Shown here: positions 26,327 through 34,110 of the stretch, piece after piece
Layout of the letters: each line of letters opens with the position of its first letter
How positions within the stretch are numbered: the stretch's first letter is position 1
Assembly: GCA_043808035.1 (NCBI GenBank)
Contig: JAZDFH010000028.1
Coordinates: 1 to 34,110 of the forward strand
Length of the DNA stretch: 34,110 nucleotides
Direction: 5' to 3'
Source of the DNA: a bacterium
GTDB taxonomy: Bacteria > Patescibacteriota > Minisyncoccia > UBA6257 > Colwellbacteraceae
The notes under the pieces: generated by a model
What the model saw: the letters and a program-made list of their open reading frames with translations, nothing else
What the model was told of the DNA's origin: nothing
Databases searched by the model: none
Made by a program: the position numbers and the translations under genes

Positions 26327-28156
26327 TTAATCAACGGCACTGTCATTCACACCTCCTTTAATCCTGTTCTTGCAATACCATTCTAAAACATCGTATGCTG
26401 TCGGAAGCGTATTAATACTACCCTCCTTCGCATCCTCAACGATAATCAAAATAACAATCTGTGGATCTTCAGCCGGCATAGCCCCTATAAAAATAGCATT
26501 CGTTTTTGTATTGTTCGCAACCTGCGCACTTCCCGTCTTACCGAGTAAAGAACATGGCAATGTACTTAACGCATGTGCCGTTCCGTACGGTTTCTCAACG
26601 ACATCTCGCATACCACGACGAACATCTGAAAAAACTGAAGAAAATGAGGATAAGTCAAGAAGAATTTCTGATTTCTCTTGAAAATGGACATGAGGGACAT
26701 ACGATATACCTCCATTGACAATGGCAGACACCGCTGAAACAAGCTGTACAGGTGTTACTAAAAAATCACCTTGACCAATTGCGATATTGTATGTGTCTCC
26801 AATACGCCATGGCAATCCTGTACGAGCCTCCTTCTCTTCTGGGTTAGGTAAAAATCCTTGAGCCTCTCCAGGGATATCAATTCCTGTCTTTTTGCCAAAA
26901 CCGAATTGTTCCCAATATTTCCGTAAGCGCTCTATTCCAACTCCTTTTTGGTCTTGAAAACCACCAATAACCTCATAAAAATATACATTACTTGAACGAG
27001 CCAGAGCTGAATACACATCCACCCACCCTTGAGGCTTCCAATCGACAAACCTGCTTGGATTCTCAGGATGATATTGATTAGGAATTTCTATATATCCTGC
27101 AGAAAAAATTTGTTTTTGAGACGTTATAACACCCTCATTAAGAGCCGCAGCCGCATGCACCAATTTAATAGTAGAAGCTGGATTATAAGCACCAGATACA
27201 ACACGATTAAATAATGGCTGACTAGGAGCTAGAAGATAGTTTGAAATATTATTCGGATCATAGTCAGGAAGACTGATCATAGAAAGGACTTCTCCTGTTT
27301 GCGGATTGATGGCTAATCCCACTCCAGAAATTCTTCCTAAATCAGTAAGCCCTTTTTTGAGCCGCTCATAAAAATATTCTTGGAATTCAACATCAAGAGT
27401 TGTTTTAAGCTCGTTACCGATAACAGGCTTTTCGATCACCGTCATCCCTTTCTCCTCTCCATATGCATCACGATGAACAATCTTCTTCCCATCAACCCCT
27501 CGCAAAAGATCATTATACATTGCTTCAATACCAGCTAAACCATGGATACGAGAATCTTCACTATTTTGTCCGACATAACCAATAACATGAGAAAAAGATT
27601 GATAAGAAAGATAACGTTTATAGTCGCCCTCTATGTGCAAAGAAGTAAGTGGTACATTCTTGAGCGTTAAAACCTGTTCTCGTGTAATATCACGGACAAC
27701 TATAAGTGTTTGCTCTGATTCGAAATCAATTTTTTGAATCTGAAGAACAATACTCTGCGAATCTAAATTAAAAATTTCTTGCAGTGTACTCAATACTTCT
27801 TTTGTCTCATTGTTTTTAATCATTTCACTCACATTCAGTACGACATTAAAGATAGGTCTATTCTCAATTAATGTCGTACCAAACCTATCAGTAATAATAC
27901 CTCTCTGTGCAGGAACATCCATCGTTTTACTACTATTTACAATGGCTCGTTCTCGATAGTACGAATATTGCACGATGCTTAGAAAAGCAGTTCTCCCAAT
28001 AATAATTGCAATAAAAAAAATAAAAAAAATAAAAACTCCTTGAAAAATCCTTTCTTGAATAGGTTGCTCCTTATGCATGTACGTCTCTCCTGATACACTA
28101 TCGGAGACGACTTCATCGAAAACAATGCGTTGTTTTTTTCTTATACTCCTTCTCAT
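26327..28156 (-). CDS. mrdA: Penicillin-binding protein 2 (class B)
   Basis: N-terminal TM, RG.I.DR.G, G..GIE..YN..L.G, STIK (SxxK), SSN (SxN) and KTG. Follows mreBCD. Confidence 0.92.
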   Translation of the reverse strand: MRRSIRKKQRIVFDEVVSDSVSGETYMHKEQPIQERIFQGVFIFFIFFIAIIIGRTAFLSIVQYSYYRERAIVNSSKTMDVPAQRGIITDRFGTTLIENRPIFNVVLNVSEMIKNNETKEVLSTLQEIFNLDSQSIVLQIQKIDFESEQTLIVVRDITREQVLTLKNVPLTSLHIEGDYKRYLSYQSFSHVIGYVGQNSEDSRIHGLAGIEAMYNDLLRGVDGKKIVHRDAYGEEKGMTVIEKPVIGNELKTTLDVEFQEYFYERLKKGLTDLGRISGVGLAINPQTGEVLSMISLPDYDPNNISNYLLAPSQPLFNRVVSGAYNPASTIKLVHAAAALNEGVITSQKQIFSAGYIEIPNQYHPENPSRFVDWKPQGWVDVYSALARSSNVYFYEVIGGFQDQKGVGIERLRKYWEQFGFGKKTGIDIPGEAQGFLPNPEEKEARTGLPWRIGDTYNIAIGQGDFLVTPVQLVSAVSAIVNGGISYVPHVHFQEKSEILLDLSSFSSVFSDVRRGMRDVVEKPYGTAHALSTLPCSLLGKTGSAQVANNTKTNAIFIGAMPAEDPQIVILIIVEDAKEGSINTLPTAYDVLEWYCKNRIKGGVNDSAVD

Positions 28157-28571
28157 AAAATGGAATACTGATGTAATATATTACTCCCGCAATAACTATA
28201 TTTAATAGTAATTCCGGAACAAAGAGAGAGATCGCTCTGAATGAAATATACATCAAGCAAGTCATTATTAATACGACCACAATATAACTTATGAAATGCC
28301 TCCACGGTAACATATCAAAAATCACTATTCCAACGATTACTACCATAATGAAAGTGACATCCATCAAAGAAATACCAGGACAAAACTTCGTTGAAAACGC
28401 AGCGACAACTATCGCTATGACCCTCTTGTCCCATCGCGTATAAATACTACATATCAAAAAAAGAAATATCAAAATAAAATTCGGTTTAACATCTCCAAAA
28501 AACAGAAGCATGCTCTGCTGTAAAAGTCCTACAATACCAATAAATACAAGACTACTAGTGAATTTGAACAT
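28113..28571 (-). CDS. mreD: Rod shape-determining protein MreD-like
   Basis: Very hydrophobic 152 aa with a 'KPNF.L' motif, located between mreC and mrdA. Confidence 0.65.
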   Translation of the reverse strand: MFKFTSSLVFIGIVGLLQQSMLLFFGDVKPNFILIFLFLICSIYTRWDKRVIAIVVAAFSTKFCPGISLMDVTFIMVVIVGIVIFDMLPWRHFISYIVVVLIMTCLMYISFRAISLFVPELLLNIVIAGVIYYISIPFYEKEYKKKTTHCFR

Positions 28572-29214
28572 TGCGTAATTCGCCTAACCGGATAGGGGGT
28601 GCAACAGTGACCTTTTTAAACGGTTCTCCCAGTATTTCAATAATATCTTGCACTCGCCCAATTTCGAGACCATAAGGAAATTCACTGCTCGCCGTGACAA
28701 CCATATCCCCCTCTATAATCGATGCATCCCGAGGGATGAGATCAACAATAAGCGTATTGCCACCATGAAACAGACCATCAACCTCCGATTCGCCAATACG
28801 AACAGGCATTTCCCAATTATCATCAAAAATAGTATGCACGATACTCGTATGTTGCTGAACTTCGATAACTTTCCCTATAAAAACAGTACCGCCATACGTC
28901 ACATACATACCTATTTTCGCATTTTCCTCAAAACCAGAATCAATGACAATATCACGGAGCTGATTAAAAGGATAACTAGAATACACTTCCACCGATAATC
29001 CTGTTCTTAAAACTTGGTTAAACAACTGGTTTTTGAGATCATTGTTTTCAGTTTCAAGATCAGTAATTCGATTCCTTAAATCCATATAGGGGATAAAAAA
29101 GTGGGATGGAGTATGAATTGAAAATACCGTTCGCATATAATACGGCACAGCCCAAAAATAGTACATTCCTCCAATAAAAATCGATACCACAAAACAAATC
29201 AAAAATTTCTTCAT
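28555..29214 (-). CDS. mreC: Rod shape-determining protein MreC
   Basis: N-terminal TM, a coiled coil (L..EN..LK), ID.G, GD.VVT...FP.GL.IG.V. ATGA overlap with mreB. Confidence 0.9.
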   Translation of the reverse strand: MKKFLICFVVSIFIGGMYYFWAVPYYMRTVFSIHTPSHFFIPYMDLRNRITDLETENNDLKNQLFNQVLRTGLSVEVYSSYPFNQLRDIVIDSGFEENAKIGMYVTYGGTVFIGKVIEVQQHTSIVHTIFDDNWEMPVRIGESEVDGLFHGGNTLIVDLIPRDASIIEGDMVVTASSEFPYGLEIGRVQDIIEILGEPFKKVTVAPPIRLGELRNVQIH

Positions 29215-30257
29215 GCATTAATCGGTTTAGGTTTATGCTGATTTGACAAAATAGGTTCATATTTCGCCAGATTCTCAACAATAACACCTAATCCTCGCGC
29301 AACACACGTAAGGGGATCATCGACAACCGTTGTCTTAACGGTAATCTCTTTTTCAATATAGCTATCCAACCCCCTCAAAAGACTTCCGCCACCTGACAAA
29401 TAAATACCGCTTTTCAGAATATCCCCCACTAACTCAGGAGGCGCCTCCTCAATCAAAATTTTCACTGCTTCAACAACAGATTTTAACGAACGCTGAATAG
29501 CGGTCCGAATATGCAAATTTTTTACAACAACTTCTCGTGGCAATCCTGTCGCAATATCACGACCCCGTATCGCAAGTTCAAGTTTGTCGTCAATAGGAAC
29601 CGCTGATCCAATTGCGATTTTTAATTCTTCGGCAGTAGGTGTTCCAATAAGCAATTTAAATTCATCTTTTACGAAACGAATAATATCTGCATTCAACTTG
29701 TGCCCGGCAACCTTTAAGCTTTTCGAAATAACAGTACCACCAACCGAAATAATAGAAATTTCTGTCGTACCGCCACCAATATCGACAATCATATTGGCCG
29801 TTGCTTCTTCTACAGGTAATCGTGCACCAATTGCAGAAGCAATCGGTTCTTCCACTAATAATGCACGTCCAACACCAGCCGATAAAACCGCGTCTTCCGC
29901 TGACTTCATTTCCACTTCTGTCAAGTTTGTTGGTACGCTAATTGCTGCTAATCGATATCGCGAAAAGACACTCTGTCCCTTTATTTTACCCAAAAAATAC
30001 CGCAATAACTCTTCGGTCATTTCAAAGTCGGAAATAACCCCCGCAATAAGCGGGTATATAATATCAATATGTGCAGGCATCCGATCTACCATCTTTTTCG
30101 CCTCATTACCAACCGTTAAAATTTGATTGGTTCTATTATTCAAGGCAACAACAGTCGGCTCGTTAATCATGATACCCCTTCCTTTGACGTAAATCAGTGA
30201 ATTTGCTGTTCCTAAATCAATACCTACTTGTTTATATAAATTTTCAAAAAAATCCAT
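29211..30257 (-). CDS. mreB: MreB (operon copy)
   Basis: GIDLGTAN, NEPTVVA, EEP.A.AIGA, DIGGGTTE, PPEL..DI and SGGG.LL motifs. Confidence 0.95.
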   Translation of the reverse strand: MDFFENLYKQVGIDLGTANSLIYVKGRGIMINEPTVVALNNRTNQILTVGNEAKKMVDRMPAHIDIIYPLIAGVISDFEMTEELLRYFLGKIKGQSVFSRYRLAAISVPTNLTEVEMKSAEDAVLSAGVGRALLVEEPIASAIGARLPVEEATANMIVDIGGGTTEISIISVGGTVISKSLKVAGHKLNADIIRFVKDEFKLLIGTPTAEELKIAIGSAVPIDDKLELAIRGRDIATGLPREVVVKNLHIRTAIQRSLKSVVEAVKILIEEAPPELVGDILKSGIYLSGGGSLLRGLDSYIEKEITVKTTVVDDPLTCVARGLGVIVENLAKYEPILSNQHKPKPINA

Positions 30258-30437
30258 AGCTATTCATTCTCCATTTTTATGTACCTCCATTCTATACCAA
30301 AAAAATGCTTTACTCCAGTCCATAAATAAGCATTCTTCTTCTTGAGTTTTCCATGACTACTATTTCTATAAAACCCACATATCACGATTCAAAACTACTA
30401 TAACAAAATGTTCTCCTGATAAATAACGCACCATATA

Positions 30438-31463
30438 TTACAATATCTTCATAATATCACACACAGTGATAACAACCATCAAAATAATTAAGAGGGCAAA
30501 TCCAATGGCGTTAGTGATTGATTCAATACGAACAGTACGTGCTTTCCCTATTATCGGTTCAAAAAGCAAAAAGACAAGCCTTCCCCCGTCAAGAGCAGGA
30601 AATGGGAAAATATTAATTATAGCAAGATTAACAGATATCAGTCCCAATAATTGTAAAATATACACAAATCCCATACCCCCAGCGATACCAACCGCGTTAA
30701 AAATACCAACAGGGCCGGAAACATCCTGAAAAGCTTTCCATTCTCCACCAAATAAACTGCGCACCAATGTAACAAAAATACCACCAATCAGAGAAGCTAT
30801 CCTTAAAACAGCTTTACCGCCTTCATACATCGCGGAAAAAAATGATATCTGCGTAACTCCTCCTTCTATAATCGTAACACCTAACCGTCCTTCTCCTTCA
30901 GGAGGATCTATTCGAGGAGTGGCAATAAGAGTCAATTCTTCTCCTTCTCTACGAACAATAAAAGTCATTTTCACCCCCGCATGGTCAGTAATAAAAGACG
31001 TAAAAGCAGCCGAACTGGAAAAACCTACAATTTCGTCTCCAAATTGTAATCCAATCTGTTCCGCTGGCGTACCATGCTGAACAGACTCAACAAAAACCGT
31101 TTTCGGTATACCTATCATAAAAACAAGAGAAAACGCAAGCCAGGCAATAATGATATTCACCAATACACCACCTGAAATAACAAGACTACGCTTCAACAAA
31201 GATGATCCCCTGAAACTACGAGGATCTGAAATAGATTTTTCATCTCCATTTTCACCATGAATTTTTACAAATCCCCCGAACGGCAACGCATTGATACTAT
31301 ACTCTGTCTCCCCTATTTTGCCTCCAAAAATTTTTGGCGGGAAACCTATACCGAATTCATCAACCCGCATGCCGAATAATTTTGCAATTATAAAATGACC
31401 AAATTCATGCCCGACGATAAGTATAATCAGAAAAATTATGACTAAAATTACTGTTGCTACCAT
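30438..31463 (-). CDS. rseP: RIP metalloprotease RseP (M50, single PDZ)
   Basis: HEFGH, F.IGF.P, PFGGFV, SGPVGI and N..P.PALDGG motifs. Confidence 0.93.
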   Translation of the reverse strand: MVATVILVIIFLIILIVGHEFGHFIIAKLFGMRVDEFGIGFPPKIFGGKIGETEYSINALPFGGFVKIHGENGDEKSISDPRSFRGSSLLKRSLVISGGVLVNIIIAWLAFSLVFMIGIPKTVFVESVQHGTPAEQIGLQFGDEIVGFSSSAAFTSFITDHAGVKMTFIVRREGEELTLIATPRIDPPEGEGRLGVTIIEGGVTQISFFSAMYEGGKAVLRIASLIGGIFVTLVRSLFGGEWKAFQDVSGPVGIFNAVGIAGGMGFVYILQLLGLISVNLAIINIFPFPALDGGRLVFLLFEPIIGKARTVRIESITNAIGFALLIILMVVITVCDIMKIL

Positions 31464-31470
31464 ATAAGTC

Positions 31471-32004
31471 TTACTCGTCTATTTCTTTATTCTTTCGGTC
31501 AATCATTTCCAAAACAGATGCATTAAATTCATCAACAAGCTTCTGTATACCATCCTTGCCTCGAAATTTTTCGTCTTCACTAAGATTTTTAATTTTTTTG
31601 TGTACTTCATCTCTTTGCACACGCATACGGATACGGGCCTCCTCTGATGTCGACTTAACGATACGTTTCAATTCTTCCCGCCGTTCTCCCGTTAACTGTG
31701 GCAATGTGACACGAATAATATTTCCTTGTACCGCAACCCCGACGCCTAAATTAGCTGACTCCAATGATTTCGCAGTTGCTTGAAGACTGCCCTTGTCCCA
31801 TGTACTGACTATCAAATCACACGGCGGTTCAACAACAATAGTACTTATTTGCTTTAATAGTAATTGCTGCCCAAAATAATCAACTTTAATGTTCTCAATT
31901 AATTTTGCTGTGGGACGATTCGTACGAATCGATGTAAACTCATCACACAGCCAATCAAAAATAATTTTGAACCGATCATCTAATTCCTGTAAATATTCTG
32001 TCAT
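31471..32004 (-). CDS. frr: Ribosome recycling factor
   Basis: IRT.R, VDYFG, P.LT.ERR.EL.., EEARI..R..R, and K.KEI motifs. Confidence 0.93.
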   Translation of the reverse strand: MTEYLQELDDRFKIIFDWLCDEFTSIRTNRPTAKLIENIKVDYFGQQLLLKQISTIVVEPPCDLIVSTWDKGSLQATAKSLESANLGVGVAVQGNIIRVTLPQLTGERREELKRIVKSTSEEARIRMRVQRDEVHKKIKNLSEDEKFRGKDGIQKLVDEFNASVLEMIDRKNKEIDE

Positions 32005-32013
32005 ATATCTTCT

Positions 32014-32841
32014 TTATATATTCCATACGAATGCATCCATTTGCAATCGTTTATTTGTATTTGCATCTATCATAGCATGTAAGCGTTTGAGTGCAACACG
32101 AAGCTCTTTATAATAAAGTACGGGATTACTCCCATAATACATTATAACAGCTTGTAAAAAAGGCTCTATCTCCTCTTTATTATTCGCAAGATGATTCATC
32201 AATGCATTACGTTTATACTTATCTGTCACAAACGAAATAGCATCACTCATCCGTTTTTGTATAGCGGCATCAGTATGTAACTGGACTGCTTGCCCTACAC
32301 ACCCAAATGAAATGCGAGCAAGTTCATCAGCTTCTTCCAGGGACACTCTATACTCCTTATTCATAAAATTTTTAATCGCACTTTGCTGAACACGAGGGAA
32401 ATATATTTTATGAAATCTTGATTGCAAGGTATCAAATAAAGATTCAGGATTCGACAAAACCAGTATAATAAGACCGTATAAAGGAGGCTCCTCTGCAATT
32501 TTCAGAAATGCATGTTGCGCATGTGCAGTTAAACAGTCAGCGTTATCAACTATCACTGTCCTATACGCTGAATAAACGGGCTTTTCGAGTAAAAACTTTT
32601 TTATGGAACGTACCTGTTCTATCCCAATAGTTGTCTTCTCATCCGGTACAATAATACTTGTTTCATTGAGATAACGTGTTGAAATATCCCACGATCCATG
32701 TTCAATATAATAAGCAAGTGCGTATGCGAAAGAAAACTTACCAACTCGAGAATCACCAAAGAAAATGTATCCATGAAATAAAGACGACGTATCAACTAAT
32801 TCAGTAAACCGCTTTTGCACTATTTCGTGGCCAAGCAACAT
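32014..32841 (-). CDS. holB: DNA polymerase III delta-prime-like clamp-loader subunit
   Basis: H.YIF.G...VGK, I.IEQVR, AQHAFLK..EEPP and TLQSR motifs. The Cys zinc module is absent. Confidence 0.82.
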   Translation of the reverse strand: MLLGHEIVQKRFTELVDTSSLFHGYIFFGDSRVGKFSFAYALAYYIEHGSWDISTRYLNETSIIVPDEKTTIGIEQVRSIKKFLLEKPVYSAYRTVIVDNADCLTAHAQHAFLKIAEEPPLYGLIILVLSNPESLFDTLQSRFHKIYFPRVQQSAIKNFMNKEYRVSLEEADELARISFGCVGQAVQLHTDAAIQKRMSDAISFVTDKYKRNALMNHLANNKEEIEPFLQAVIMYYGSNPVLYYKELRVALKRLHAMIDANTNKRLQMDAFVWNI

Positions 32842-32849
32842 AAAAATAG

Positions 32850-33863
32850 TTAAATTTTATTTAAAAGTGTCCGTTTATAAATATCGAGATGCTCAAGAAT
32901 AATACCCGAACCTTTTGCAACGCATAAGATAGAGTCTTCCGCTACATATGCAGGGACGCCAAGAAATCGTTTAAAAAACTCATCAATGTTACGTAACCTG
33001 GAAGTTCCACCTGAAAGAATCATTCCTTTTTCCATAACATCAGCAACTAATTCCGGAGGCGTTTCATTAAAAACATTCTGTACTGAAGCGGCAATATCCA
33101 TTAAATGAGGATTTAACGCTTCTGCGATCTCATTAGAATTTATAGTTAAATCTTTCGGCAGTCCTGTAATCAAATCCCTTCCTCGAAATTGAAAATCAAT
33201 CTTGTTTTTAAGCGGAAGTGCTGAACCTGCACCAATCTTTATTGCCTCCGCAGTCTGCTCCCCTATTGAAACTGCATACTTTTTCTTCACATATTTCATT
33301 ATTGCCTCATCAAATCGATTCCCGGCTACCCGAAGACTTGACCAGCATACAATACCGCCCAGAGAGATAACCGCAACCTCAGATGTTCCACCACCAATAT
33401 TAATAATCATATTACCTGATGAAGAATTGATAGTAATACCTGCTCCAAGCGCCGCGAGTAACGGCTCACGGACAACATACGTATTTTTCGCACCAGCCTC
33501 TATAGCAGCATTAATAACAGCTCGACGTTCAGTCGGTGTAATCCCCGCAGGTACCGAAATAACAACGTCAGGTTTAAAAATATGGAAACTACCAACTGCT
33601 CGGCCAATAAAATATTTCAACATTGCCCGCGTAATATAATAATCAGCAACAACCCCGTCTTTTAAGGGTCGATATGCCGCTATATCACCAGGAGTCCTGC
33701 CAATCATTTCCTTCGCCTCTCTCCCAACCGCGATAACTGCATTCTCCTTTACGCTTAATGCAACAATGGTCGGCTCATTAATCACAAAACCTTTTCCAGG
33801 GACAAAAACAACGGTATTTGCCGTTCCTAAATCAATCCCAATTCTTTTTACAAAAATAGCCAT
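32850..33863 (-). CDS. mreB: Second MreB/Mbl paralog
   Basis: GIDLGTANT, NEP..VA, RPLKDGVVAD, T.TERRAV, NIGGGTSE and TPPEL.AD motifs. Confidence 0.92.
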   Translation of the reverse strand: MAIFVKRIGIDLGTANTVVFVPGKGFVINEPTIVALSVKENAVIAVGREAKEMIGRTPGDIAAYRPLKDGVVADYYITRAMLKYFIGRAVGSFHIFKPDVVISVPAGITPTERRAVINAAIEAGAKNTYVVREPLLAALGAGITINSSSGNMIINIGGGTSEVAVISLGGIVCWSSLRVAGNRFDEAIMKYVKKKYAVSIGEQTAEAIKIGAGSALPLKNKIDFQFRGRDLITGLPKDLTINSNEIAEALNPHLMDIAASVQNVFNETPPELVADVMEKGMILSGGTSRLRNIDEFFKRFLGVPAYVAEDSILCVAKGSGIILEHLDIYKRTLLNKI

Positions 33864-34006
33864 ATATTTTGTTTATATATCATACTAAGTACGTTTACCG
33901 CAAAACAGTACTCGTAAAATAGCTACTCAATACTACCATAAAAGAATACGTTTGAAACCCCTAGTCTTCTCCAATACAGAAATACACCGAAATAAAGAAC
34001 CATTCC

Positions 34007-34036
34007 AACACAAGAAGGAGCTGAGACAGCTCCTTC
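34007..34036 (-). terminator. Likely terminator of a gene entering from the right edge
   Basis: Perfect 10-bp stem GAAGGAGCTG-TCT-CAGCTCCTTC (34014-34036) followed by TTGTGTT. Confidence 0.45.
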
Positions 34037-34051
34037 AAGATGGGTATCGTA

Positions 34052-34110
34052 TCATTGATATATGACAATAACAATGAAAGATAACCATATACAAAGTGTG
34101 ACACAACTTG
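34052..34110 (-). CDS. Possible C-terminal tail of a membrane protein (partial; frame uncertain)
   Basis: One frame reads ...SCVTLCIWLSFIVIVIYQ* just before the hairpin. Other frames are also open. Confidence 0.25.
   Translation of the reverse strand, partial: SCVTLCIWLSFIVIVIYQ

Noticed and set aside
30258-30437. Short ORF MENSRRRMLIYGLE and an AATGCTT/AAGCATT stem upstream of mreB
   Set aside because: Weak AT-rich stem with a large loop and no competing structure. It is more simply an rseP terminator plus the mreB promoter region.
672-33639. Other plus-strand and alternate-frame ORFs in the track (e.g. 2126-2554, 29584-30126, 33202-33639)
   Set aside because: They overlap well-supported minus-strand genes and show no family motifs.
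1-34110. tRNA or rRNA genes
   Set aside because: No cloverleaf, T-loop or rRNA-like segment was seen in any intergenic gap.

Overview
This is core-chromosome DNA, most likely from a Patescibacteria/CPR (Parcubacteria-like) bacterium. That assignment is inferred from the short AlaRS, the CPR-type pilin, the FtsA-like/baseplate-J-like pair and the DUF5671-like protein. It uses the standard genetic code, and every supported gene is on the minus strand. In transcription order (right to left): mreB paralog-holB-frr-rseP; mreBCD-mrdA; galT-dedA-tpiA; alpha/beta hydrolase; small membrane protein; a frameshifted MFS transporter with a candidate leader-peptide attenuator; SDR-Nif3-DUF5671-like-ddl; dnaG-rpoD-alaS; a type IV pilin fused to six 69-aa FG-GAP repeats; a degenerate FtsA-like gene; a membrane-anchored baseplate-J-like gene; infA; rpmJ-rpsM-rpsK-rpsD-rpoA-rplQ-rplM-rpsI; a membrane protein; GT2; greA; lysS; a decayed hicB-hicA pair; and the 5' end of an IS200/IS605 tnpA with its subterminal hairpin. 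The ORF track misses rpmJ, the tnpA start, the hicBA remnants and the 37-codon MFS leader. The most interesting signals are the pilin-FG-GAP adhesin with its FtsA-like and baseplate-like neighbours, the attenuator, RpoA lacking its CTD alongside a Lys-rich RpoD N-terminus, and non-canonical active-site residues in Ddl and the second MreB. All family calls come from motif recognition by eye; no searches were run.
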